A DNA stretch of 62,167 nt, filler included, from Hausera hauseri (lineage: Eukaryota), in the NCBI GenBank assembly GCA_046269625.1. It is 12 parts of 12 records of this genome, joined end to end, with 100 filler letters (N's around TTAATTAATTAA, not from the genome) between each part and the next. Parts side by side here need not be neighbours in the genome. Positions count along the whole stretch, not along the records: positions 10,520 to 15,892 come from JBJURY010267953.1; positions 15,993 to 20,365 come from JBJURY010611888.1; positions 20,466 to 25,729 come from JBJURY010295502.1; 9 more parts are not named here. One strand, given 5' to 3'. The notes below the pieces were generated by a model that saw only the letters and a program-made list of their open reading frames with translations, ran no database searches and was not told the origin of the DNA. Positions 11,258 through 23,129 of this stretch are shown here, piece by piece (position 1 is the first letter of the stretch; each line of letters starts with the position of its first letter). The position numbers and the translations under genes are program-made.

Positions 11258-11539
11258 ATGGCTAAATATTACTCCGTTGGAAGGGATACATATTTTTGCC
11301 CAAAGTGCTGTAGTATTTCGGGCTCTTGTCCTTACCCAGACTTTTATGCGATGCAAAAGCATCATCTTGGTTCGTTTACGCGGTCGAAGAAGATGATGAT
11401 TGTGCATTGCCCCACACATCCACGTTACTGTACTACTAAGGTGCATGACGTTGAGGGTTGCCACAGTATAATGGAGCAGTACTATGACACCACAACGGAG
11501 CACGGTAAACGGTCTACGTTTGTTCCGTTTGTTCTATAG
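11258..11539 (+). CDS. Small Cys/His-rich hypothetical protein (possible Polinton accessory ORF)
   Basis: 93 aa with ATG start, CPKC, HH, CPTH and CH; directly upstream of PolB on the same strand. Confidence 0.35.
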   Translation: MAKYYSVGRDTYFCPKCCSISGSCPYPDFYAMQKHHLGSFTRSKKMMIVHCPTHPRYCTTKVHDVEGCHSIMEQYYDTTTEHGKRSTFVPFVL

Positions 11540-11554
11540 TTAATGATATCAACT

Positions 11555-14500
11555 ATGAACAATTTAATATTCAGCACAAGGACTACTTTAACCAGTTTCA
11601 GCGGTCCAAAAAGGAAATAGGGATAGTTACAAAAAATACCAGTATCCCCTCAACAAGCAGGAAACGTTAAGCATCCACAAATCTTGACGAATACATCCGA
11701 AACGGTACCGAACAGCAGCAGCAGCAGCAGGAGCAGATGCAACAGCAGGAACCTTTTAGTACTGTCAAGTACAATCTAAGCAAATCGTATGTGGACGTGA
11801 AAGTAAACATGTCGGAGACAACAACGCTACAGCTGAGACATGTTTCGTCCAGTGTGCGCAGCCGGTTGGAAACAAAACTGGAGAAATTCAAACACCACAA
11901 CTGCAAAGTGCAATATTACGGACTTGCAGAGTTTGAAAATGTACAGGGCAACAGGAAACAATGGTACCTGTCACATCGAGCTGTATCATGTTCGGAGGAT
12001 TTTATCGCAGCGGTAAGTGAGAAGCTCGATGAGAAAATCGCCTACCACACCGAAAAGGGTAGTGACTGGCGAATTATAAAAATTGTCACTCTCGGTTTTA
12101 TCCTAACAAAGTCGAGTGACATAATTTACCTGTCCTGGTGATCATTCATACCGTCTCCTACACCTCTGCAGCATTCACATGTAGTAGTGAATGTTAAAAA
12201 TACTGACGACGAATACGGTTTTCTTTACAGTATTCTAGCTGTAATAAAATATGACCAAGTGGTCAGCCATAGTGCAAATCGTCCAAATCAGTATCGGCAG
12301 TATTTTTTCGAATTGGATTTCGATGAGTGGTGGATGCCGATGAAAATAAAAACCATTTCGGCTTTTGAACGACGTAATCCAACACTGGCAATAAATGTGT
12401 TGCGGTACAATACAATAATACAAATACCGGCAAACGAAGAGCTACATAAGAACCCTCACGCGGACATAATTTATCGAAGTCGGAACGCAAGTGGACGCCC
12501 AATATACTTGTTACTGCTGGAGCAAAAAGAAAAGTTCCATTACATGGCAGTGACCAATTTGGACCGATTGTTGAATATGGATCACTGTCAGTTTGTCCAA
12601 AAGCGTATACAATGTAAATGGTGTCCTGTATGTCTTCACGGTTTCAGGTCAAAAACAACATTGGAGAAACATGTGACGCTGTGCAAGCACAATTCAATGG
12701 GATCAACCATGTACGTCACGCCACTCAAAAAGGAGCTCCGATTCAATGATTAGTCGAAAACGGACAGTCCGGCATATGAGGTATATGCCGATATTGAGGC
12801 AATTCTACCACAAAGCATGTATGATCAAAAAAACGGTTCAATCACTGTTGGTATGTTGGTTGTCCCAATAAAAGCGATCGGTCAACCGCAGTATTACATC
12901 TTTCACTGTTGGAACTGTGTACGTGATTTCCTGTAGCGTTTGGATGAGATAGTAGAAACGGAAATCAAGCCGTGATATCGCAATAACAGCACAAAACCCC
13001 TGATTTTGACAGATGAAGATGAACGCCTGAAGTTTGCAGTCACAGATGAATGTTATCTGTGCAACCACAAAATATTACCGTTTGATGCACAGAAACGACT
13101 CGTACCGGATCACGATCATTTCGCGAGGCGTGTTCGGCCATTTCTATCAATGATCTTTCATAATTTCCGAGGTTATGGCTGTCAACATATACTCAAATGG
13201 GACATCAAGGGATTTCCGCACTGGGAACTCTCCATAATCCCAACAACAATGGAGAAGTACTTGTCCCTCTCAGCACGCATAAACCGGTTCCATGTACGCT
13301 TCCTTGATTCATTGCAATTTCTCAATGAATCACTGGAAAAGCTGGTAAACGCCTTGCCGGATGTGACAATAACCTCAATGCAGTTCCCCACACATATTTG
13401 ACGCAGCAAAAGCATATTTCCATATGACTTTGCAACATTGTATGAGCGACTTCAGGCAGCATAGAAATTACCGCCGCGATGGACAGGCATCAGGGAAGAT
13501 GAATATCGGAAAGCACAAGAATCTTGGACAGAACTCGGCTGTAGAAACATGTTGGAGTACATGCTCCAGTATCTCATACTGGACGTGTACCTGTTAGCCG
13601 ATGTGTTTCAGGTGTTTCGGACGAAAGCATTGGCTGAAGATAGGCTGGAGTCACTCAACTTTTATTCCATACCGGGAATGAGTTAGGCGTCAGCTGTAAT
13701 GTCATTGGATCGAGACATTGAGTTTCTGAAAGATCCGGAAATGTACCGGCTTTTGATGTTCGTATTCGCGGTGGCATGACTTTTGTCAACACGCATCAGG
13801 TCAGCGCCGCCGCCGCCGATACCACATCACTGCTGCATATTGATATTAATAACCTGTACTGCTGGTATCTTGAAATCGACCTTTATTCGCAACCCTTTCT
13901 GTACAATTCATTTGAATGGGTAGTCGACAGACAAGATCTGGACGATATAATGGTCACCCTGCCATGAGCATACATGGCAGGCTCAGTCGGATCTCGAGAT
14001 ACCAGATGAGCTGCATGACGTTTTGGACAATGTGCCGGTCGCACCATTTAACTAATGTCCTCCAGGCTCAAAAGTGGTGAAACTACTCAAGTCGCATGAA
14101 TCCAAGCTAAATTATATGGTCCGTTGGCGTCTGCTACAGTTCTACATGCAGCTAGGCGTCCGCGTCACACAGCTGCATCGTGCAATAAGCTTCAATCAGG
14201 CGCCAATATTCAAGGCGTACATTGATGGAAATTCAGAAAAACGAGCCGCAGCTTGTACAAAGTTCGAAAAGGACTGTTACAAGCTCAAAAATAATTCACT
14301 GTACAAGAAAGAGTGGAAAATTTGAAGAAGCGGCTCAATGTGCGCCTGTGCAAAAACGAAAAGCGGCTGGTTACATACACCAGCAAGGATCAATTCAGGC
14401 GGTCAATGCACATTGCCGATGGATTGGGTGAAGTGCTGTTAAACCGGGAAGAAGTCGTTCTGGACTGGCCAAGCTACATCGGACAAGTGGTATTGGACCT

Positions 14501-15050
14501 AATCAAGTTGCGAATGTACGAGCTTCAGTATTGAGACTTGGCACGTTACCGGTAAATGTTCGACGGCTGTGAGATTAGTATCGTTTCCGGTGACACAGAC
14601 AGCTTTTTCCTTGAGCTGAAAAACATCAATCAAGACCAGCTGCTGCGACAAATGATAACAGATGGACTACTGTACACGTCAAACTACCCATTGGACCATC
14701 TACTGTACAGCAGCTCAATAACAAACAAAATTGGCTGTTTCAAGGACGAAAGTGAAGGCCGGGTTCAATACAGGAAATGTATATTTTTGCGCCCAAAGTG
14801 CTATAGTCTTCTGACGGACTGTGGGTCGAAAATGCGGGCAAAAGGCATCTAGCTGAAACAGAAGGAAATAAATCACGGTAATTATCGTCGGGTCTATGAT
14901 GAACAAGAAGAATAAAAAGGACGAGGAGGAAAGGCTCTTGTGTCTCAAACGACCACACGATCGATTGAGCACCAGCTGTATACGGTAGCGAATAAGAAAG
15001 TCGTTTTATTATGCAATAATAATAATCGAAAGTGGGTGGGGCGAATAAGA
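11555..15050 (+). pseudogene. polB: Protein-primed family B DNA polymerase of Polinton/Maverick (adintovirus-like) type, fragmented
   Basis: Ordered motifs: KGSDW, VNVKNTDD, FERRNP.LAINV, HYMAVTNLDRLL, YADIEAIL (ExoI), DHDH, IFHNFRGY (ExoII), RFLDSLQF, IFPYD, DVYLLADVF, IRGG, DINNLY, KLKNNSLY, GDTDSF, FKDE, LRPKCYS, AKGI. Confidence 0.93.
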
Positions 15051-15992
15051 GTTGGGCGTACGGACGTTGGCGTTTTGAATAAAACACGCTCACACACAGA
15101 TGAAATCGGTGCAAACAGATCAACTGACTATGACATTTTGTTGTGATCTGTGTTTTATAAATAATGTATAATGTTCATTGTTTTTCCTTTTGTTTTATTA
15201 TTTTATTATCATTTAATGTACCTTTATATTTATCTTAATGTGACGAGAAACAATATGATAAAAAAAGCAAACAAAACCAACGAGGAGGAAAGGCTCTTAT
15301 GTCTCAAACGAAACTTTCCCAACTTCCATATTGGTGATTTAACGCCATGCAGATCCTTGTATCCTTTCAATTTCAATGTTAGATTACCTTTAGATCCTTC
15401 CGGTGGCAAAACGACATTTGCTGTTGCTGCTGTGGTTTTTCTATAGCAATGTAAACTGACAATTTTCGCCATATTTCCTTTGAGAAAAATCGACTATGTA
15501 TCTCGGATATTGTTATTCAACGCAAATCACTGTCAACTTTTCTAATTATGTCTTTTATCGTATCCAAATCATCGTCGCTAAACTTTTTCACAACTAGACC
15601 ATATTTCACAGATTTGATTTTGACCGTTTGCATCAATGGAAATTGAATAGCGTTGCGCAGATAATGTAAATTGTATCCATTATACAACTAGGAATTTCTG
15701 AGCGAATATTCGCTGCACCGTGGCTTTTTTGAGAGACTGTCATCACCTGCTAAATTTTTTTCAACCAAAGTCATGGTTAGAAAAAGACAAACGTGAACTG
15801 AAATTGCAACTCTATTTATCATTGCAAACAATAAATATTTAGTTTGTAAGTATTGCCTTATATTACAATGATACAAAATACCTCCATGTTACNNNNNNNN
15901 NNNNNNNNNNNNNNNNNNNNNNNNNNNNNNNNNNNNTTAATTAATTAANNNNNNNNNNNNNNNNNNNNNNNNNNNNNNNNNNNNNNNNNNNN

Positions 15993-18264
15993 ACATGAAA
16001 CATATTATAGAATTTGTACGATGGCCAGATCACGAACCAAAACCAAAAGAAGCTCTTGAGACATTGGACAAAATAATCTACACTAAACCGGTAATATCCA
16101 AACAACTAAAGAAGTGGATAGACTTGTTACCTTCCATAGCAGGAATAATAAACAAAAGACTGAGAGAATTCGCCGTGGTTGAGCCTATAATGAGACATCA
16201 ATTGGAAGAAATGTTACTAGATATTGGTACAATGGAAGATGAAGCGAAATTGCGAATTAAATTCGAATCATTCCGAGAACGTAAAATTATAAGCAAGGAG
16301 CAAGACCAAACGACACTAACAGAGATATATAGTATGATAGAGGAAAAGGACTTCTACAGAAAAAGAAACAAGCTAAGTGATCTTCAGCGAAGTTTAGCGA
16401 ACATCCGTTGGGAAGGGATACAGAGCCTAATGCAGAAATCGCTGAAGGAAATCTCAGCACAAGAAATAGAAACATTAGAAATATGTAACGATCACCGAAT
16501 TGCTCTGGCACAAACACTACAATATCTACAGAATCCAGCAGAATGGACACCAAGTTTTGACCTACATTGCCACACCAAACTAACGGAAATTAGGAAGGAC
16601 CTTCAGTTAACGGGTGATGAAGCCACGTTTATAGGCAAGTTAATGGACGCAATAGATCCGGACGCTGAAGTATTACATCAAATGCATAAATTAATCCTAC
16701 TATTAACAGAAATGGCAGAAATTGACGAAGTAGTAGCCAAACGGCTAACAAATCGTATACGTCTGGCAAAAAAAACCCGGTTACGCTCCAAGAAAAGACA
16801 ACGTAAGCCAAACGAATTACTGAGAGAAACAGAAGTTTACAAGAACAAGTATTCCCTTACGGAATCTGAAACGAATGACAAAGCAGAATTTATACAGAGA
16901 TGGCAAAGAGACAGAATCGCAGAAATGACTAGTTATCGGGAGAGCTCTGATACAACCAGAAGTGTGACGATTAATAACATTGATACAACAAGCGTGCGGA
17001 AATGGAGACGGATTTAAGATATCCGTAATGAAAACATTGCAACCACAAATAAGAGAATTATGCAAGAGTCCAGGTCGGACATGCGGGACTAATGAACTAC
17101 GAGTTACCTGACGCAAAAAACGATGTCGAGTGGGATGAATATCCCCAAGGTTTAAACGAGCAAAGTCAAAGAAATCCAATACAAATTTATGAGTCACCCA
17201 TTGGTACCCAGAAGACGAAATTCAACGTGAGCAATGTGTTGGAAATAAGTATAAGTGAAGATAGGTTAAGGAAATTGATTCTAAACTTGACCAAACTATC
17301 TAGTAAAAACACCGCACACAGCGCTGTACCCAAGCTCCTAATAAAAGAGTATGCTAAGTTGCTAAGAAATAAACCAGAAACGGAACTTAACATAAAGGTA
17401 TCGTCCGAATGGATGGACGACGATAAAATTTGAGTGCACTACCTATACCACTGTTGCGGATATAAAACAATGGATAATGGATAAGGATGACAGGAAAGGA
17501 AATAGTTATTGGTTATATTTCAGCGGTAGAATATTAGACGACCTAGAATCCTTAATAGACGTAGGGATTATACCCTTCGAGGAAAATCGAATAATAACAA
17601 TAATCACCAGTGAGCAAACCCAAGACGTAGCCATGAGGAAGGCACATACAGAGCGTTGTGTTGGAAAAATCATGGGGATTCAGGACGTCGCAATGTATTT
17701 CGAATACTTACAGACTAATGACGTCAAACCGCAATACGATAAAAATTTAGTTCATCTAAGTGAAACTTCACTACCGAAGAAACCGAAACGACCAGTCGGA
17801 AGACCGAAAAAAGTAAAAGAGATTGATTATAACGCAGACCTAATTAGAAAATTGAGACAACTATCGGTACCAACCCCGAGTTCAGATAATAAAGACCTAA
17901 TTGAGCTCCAAGGCGACATATTATCCGAGAAGGAAAGACTAATATATAGTATAGCCCGGACAATGAAGACTTCGCGATTTAAATTATCTAAGAGCACCCT
18001 CCCTGACGAAACAGTAATTGACAGAATTATGATAGACAATACGATGGAAGAATTAAAAAAAGTCTTGATATATATGGCAGTAAGAACTAACCCTCTCCGA
18101 GAAAATAAATTCGACAAGACAATTGGGTTAGCTAGAAAGCTGCAAGAAGGGTACCTAAGGAAATAAAGTGGACTAAATTGTTTGAAAGAGAGGATAAAAA
18201 AGAGACTAATAAGTTAGAGGACATGATCCGAAATATCTCTCCGAACAAAGGAAACGAATCCAAT
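15993..18264 (+). pseudogene. ORF-X C-terminal part with Ubl domain and AT-hook-like motif, copy B
   Basis: Closely homologous to 3252-5600. Ubl at ~17387-17605; KPKRPVGRPKK at 17780-17812. Confidence 0.8.
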
Positions 18265-20200
18265 TGGCTAATCAACTTGCTAACAATAATGATACTGGTA
18301 AAGCAAATAGGAGCCGTCACTATATACGACTGCGACAAATTCAAGGTGGGTCAGAAATATTCCTTAATGGACTTAGAAACATGCGAAGATGCGAGACCTC
18401 ATAAGCTCAAGACAACAGAAAAAAGATATTTATTATATCAACAACGTGAATTAATCGCAATTGGTGCGACGGAATGCATGATACGGAGATCTCGTAGCGT
18501 TTTTCATTGTGGTAATATGCACGGCCATTCTTCTATAATCAAACCAACCACCCCATTAGTCCCAATGAATGTGGATAGACAGCCCTGTTTAGGAGCCCGG
18601 TTAACCGGTAAAATGGTTTGGGACAGCATGGAATTGGAAGCCCAAGAAGGGAAAATAATTAGAGCCTACAAAGTGGCAGTAGGAAAATTGAACATGCACA
18701 CCGGTTATTGTGTCGGAGGAGAATATGACACAGGGAAGGGAATAGAAGGAGGAATAGTAGTTATAGATTTTTAAGAAACCGAATTAAGATCCCTAAATCG
18801 ATGTTTCATAGTGTTACGAAAATATTCACCGAGAATCAAAAATGTCACATCCAAGATGGTGCTTGCACGTTCAGAAGTTCAGTAGTTGTATGGAGCCCAC
18901 CTTACGAGAGATTGTAATTTCATTAAAATCAGAGTTAAAGTTTAATGAGACAACCGGAAAACGTTATACAAATAAACTACACACAAATACTAAATCAAGG
19001 GAAGATGTAGTGGAACATCACACACCAACGATATTGATATCGGTGCACACGGATTAAAGTTCATCAGAAAGGAGATGTTAACACGCTGAGATGTAATTAT
19101 GCATGCCACAAACTACGAAGCATTTTTCGTAGCAGAAACCGAAATTAACATGAAAACGTATGATTTGAAAACGCAAGACATACGAATCTAGGATTACCTC
19201 AAAAATCGAAACGACTATTTCTATTACAAAGGACAGACCGGAATAGCAGAAATATACCACAAAATAATAACGAATGACTGCAGATTAGATACCGAAGTCA
19301 TGAGAACCAAACTGGCCTTAATTTATACCAACCCAGAACTGGCATCACCAATTATACCAATGAAAGAAGGTGTCTTTGGACAAGTTACTGAAGAAGTCCT
19401 ATTAACTTACGAATCTGAAAAAAGGGACGTGCTGATTAACGTGGAAAAAAAGAAGATGCATGCAAGAATTACCAGTCATCTACGAGAATATGCCAAGACT
19501 AGCAAACCTATATTTCAAAGTAGCGGAACCGACTGGATAAGTTTACCTAATGGAGGCGCTGCTACAGCCCCCAGTAAGCTAACTGGAACAAATTTAATAA
19601 AAGGATTATCAGAAGAGAAGTTCGAGGACACGGCTAATAAAGGAATCTATAGGCCAAAAGACAGACGCTTTTAGGCAATTTTTATCATTTGCACGACAAA
19701 GAACTTATGAACTGAATCAAGCCATGTCAATGGTCATGGATGACACCCGCTTTCAAGCAACATGGTAATCGTTACTTGGTGCTAATATCTATCAAAGAGT
19801 AACTTCAGAAATATTATATAAGATTTGGGGAAGATTCCTAATTTTTGGACCAGCCGCATCGGGATTCCTAGCCATTTATTTTCTAGTCCAGCTAATTAAA
19901 GCAGTAATCCAAGATGTTATAAACGGATATGAAATATTCACATTAACAGGATTTTCCTGCAAACTTTTGACTACAATTATCACACCCTTCGGGAAAATGC
20001 TCAAGGCCTACAAAGAAAACCGATGGAAAAATGACGTGGAACGCCACGTCGAGTATTATAATCGCAAACGACGAGGGAGGCCCTCAATTCTCAATAAACC
20101 TTGAAATAAGAAGGCAATAATACGAAAGGACGATTCAGATGATGACGAGCCTAAGGGAGGAAAAGTAAGTTCCAGAATGAAGATGCACAATATATACTAA
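18265..20200 (+). pseudogene. env: Nearly full-length chuvirus-like (class III) envelope glycoprotein, copy B
   Basis: Leader + YDC..YSLMDLETC..ECMIRRSRSVFHCGNMHGHSS; CHIQDGAC; NDCRLD..KLALIYTNPE..GVFGQVTEEV; CMQELPV; KGIY; membrane region IWGRFLIFGPAASGFLAIYFLVQLIK...NGY. This motif order follows chuvirus G and the env of Anakin-type Pao elements. Confidence 0.82.
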
Positions 20201-20465
20201 GTGATCAACGCATGATTACCCATCATTTCGCCGACAGCACCGATATATGAAGACTGCGACCTCAAATCAGTCGTATCATGTAGGTCCGAAATCTATCAAA
20301 AGCCCATTAATTATGAAGATCCTTATGAAAAAACAAAACAATATGGAGTACTACGGAAAATGAATNNNNNNNNNNNNNNNNNNNNNNNNNNNNNNNNNNN
20401 NNNNNNNNNTTAATTAATTAANNNNNNNNNNNNNNNNNNNNNNNNNNNNNNNNNNNNNNNNNNNN

Positions 20466-23065
20466 CTATCAGCACATGTGGTAAATGGATTTGTTCATTA
20501 AAAGGTAAAGGAATTCAATTTCACGACAGTAAATCGTATGAAAATACAAGTATTGGCTCGAGTTATCCTCGAGATAAACGAGTTGATTTAAAAGAATCAG
20601 AATTAGCGGGAATAATGAGCAATTTATTGAGATTCATTCGATGGCGAAACTGGAGAAAAATGGCGAATCGCTGATTATTCGTCAATCGTTGAATTCATCG
20701 TGTAATTTAAATGATTTCAAATGGCATACGACTGATCCGACCATGTTTACAATGTTGTTGGGTGGAACCGCATCTTCCGTAATTTCGATGGACAATGAGA
20801 ACCAGAAGCCGATGAATGCATCCATTTCAAGTTTTACGTCGAGTAATCCAGGATCACTGGGGTTTATCACGAATACTGCTGATATAAGCTAGTCTATCCT
20901 ACCCTTCGTTTCCAGTTCTACTGCCCTGTTAAATTTATCCGGAAATTTGAAATCGCAACCATCAGTTTCAAAAGCAATCGCTACGACCCATTCGCATAAT
21001 TCCGCGAAATCATCAATGGCTCAAGAAAACGTTTCGAAACCCACAGATTTCATTTTTCTCAATGCCACTAAACAATCGGTGATTAGTTTGAATAACGTTA
21101 CATCAAAGACGGAGCAAGAAAAGAATCTTGATCAAATCAAGTTACAGAATCCGTCCTTCATTCCTAATTTGTTGAATCCAAACACCTGCAGTGAGAACGA
21201 CAGTACGAAAAGTAATTCATTAAATGTTGGTACGAAACAGAGTCCAAAGACAGAAGAGGTAAAACAAGATTCAAATCAGTCAACATCAGTATTTGAAAAT
21301 AAATTGGATAAATTGAATGACAATAATCCCGAATCGAAGAATATTGGTTAATTGAAAAAGTAACAGATCGAAATCCACTGACAATAAAAACGTTGATCAC
21401 TTATTATGTAATGTCTTTGAGCATTTGTCGACAACGGTCGACCAAGTCATAAAACGAACAACTAATCAAATAGATGAATCTCAACAATTTCTACATAGCA
21501 ATTTAATGACACAAGATTATCCTAATATGTTGCAGGATCTCAATCATTTCTCTAAGACACTCAATGATATTTCTCTTAACAACAAAATACTGGTCGAGTC
21601 TGCCGATTCTTTATCGGAAGATATTGAACTCGCAGTGGAAATTACCACTCGTTGTAAAGTTGTTGTTTCCGATCCTTTGCTATGAAAATTGTCAATTGAT
21701 CTCGAAGACAAATACAGAAAAGTGAATGGTGTTTTGAATGATCTCCATGAATCGCTGAATATTATTGAGGCTCAGCGAACAAATAAGAATTTCTCCAAAC
21801 CGACACCATTTAAAGACATTCGACAAATAATCGAAACAAATACCAAGCGAATTTCGTTTGAAGATTCTAAAGTTAACATGTTGAAACATCATTTGAAATC
21901 AGCTAGAACCATCGATGAAAACTCGGATTTGGATAAGTCGATATTTTCCCGGAAGGTTCCAACGAATTTCGCCAAATCGGTAGCGGAAAGTGATTTATAT
22001 AATATGATGTGTAAATGGACCGTCAAAAAATCGAAACTACCACCGGTCACTAAATCAAAATAAAAAGACGGTGTTGTTAAACCGAAAATTGAATCAACTA
22101 TTAATGAACAGTCGGTGAAAGGCCCATTGAACGTAATTTCTGTGAATAAATCCCAAAATGGTTTTAAAAATACTTTGCGGAAAATCTTACGCCAAAACAT
22201 GAGTATCCTAAAGATACATCTCTGTCAGAGTTAAGTGCAAGTGGATCAGTAGATATTAACTACCTAGTCAGAATTCCAAAAATGATGTGTCTATTATTGA
22301 TAATAAAATGTCAGATATATCGTCTTTTGCCTTCGAAAAAACTAACAAAGACCATCAAATTCTGGATCATGTATCAGAAAGTAGTAAAGCACCGATAAAT
22401 ATTGATCCATATTACGATCGAGATCCTGTTTCACATGATTCCATTGCATCTACGGACTCTAATTCTTCTAGTTATAAACGATCATCCAAAGGTTCCTGTT
22501 CGGAGGCATCATCTGGTGAAAACATAACTGTAAATGACACAAGTACAACCATCAGTATAGCAACAATTACCAAAACTGAGCATTTTTGGAGTTTCAAATA
22601 AACCGAACATAGGTATTCCAGACATTAAACTTTACTGAAACCGTTAAAGGCACTAGTGTTTCGTCCATTTTTAACGCACCGTCAGTTGATAAACAAACAT
22701 TGTTTTCTTCGCCAAATCAAGTTGCTCTAGGTTTGAAGGCTCAAACTCCGACAACTGTTAGCAATTATGGAGTAAATTATGCACTTCTGCAGCTGGATTA
22801 ACCCCATCAACAAATCAAACAACCGTGAGTTGAAATAGCGGCTTTTCTATTCCAACTGGTTTCCAAACTCTTACAAAAGAATGTACAATTTGGATCAATT
22901 AATCAAACATTTGGCAGTGCCAGTGAATCTCTGTTAGTATCGAATGACTCTAGGGTTCAAGATGGTGGTATATTTGGATTGACATCAAAGTCCACAATAA
23001 GTTCGGGTGTCTCTGTGACAACTCAAACCTCACAGTCCATTGGAATTTTTCAAAGTAATTTATGA
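20466..23065 (+). pseudogene. Nup214/Nup159-like nucleoporin fragment, disrupted
   Basis: Propeller-like N-terminal bits, S/T-rich linker, coiled coil (PTPFKDIRQIIETNTKRISFEDSKVNMLKHHL), then a S/T-rich tail with QFGS, TFGS and GGIFG. Several stops and frameshifts. Assignment rests on architecture only. Confidence 0.45.
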
Positions 23066-23129
23066 TTGGATATCTTTCTACATTTACGGCGCATTGGATA
23101 AACTGTATAGCTGAGGGACCGAGCATGCC

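Noticed and set aside
11555-15050. Alternative genetic code (stop readthrough) explaining the many in-frame stops
   Set aside because: All three stop types occur together with frameshifts, and homologous copies elsewhere have sense codons at such sites (e.g. TGA 3506 vs CGA), so this is decay or sequencing error.
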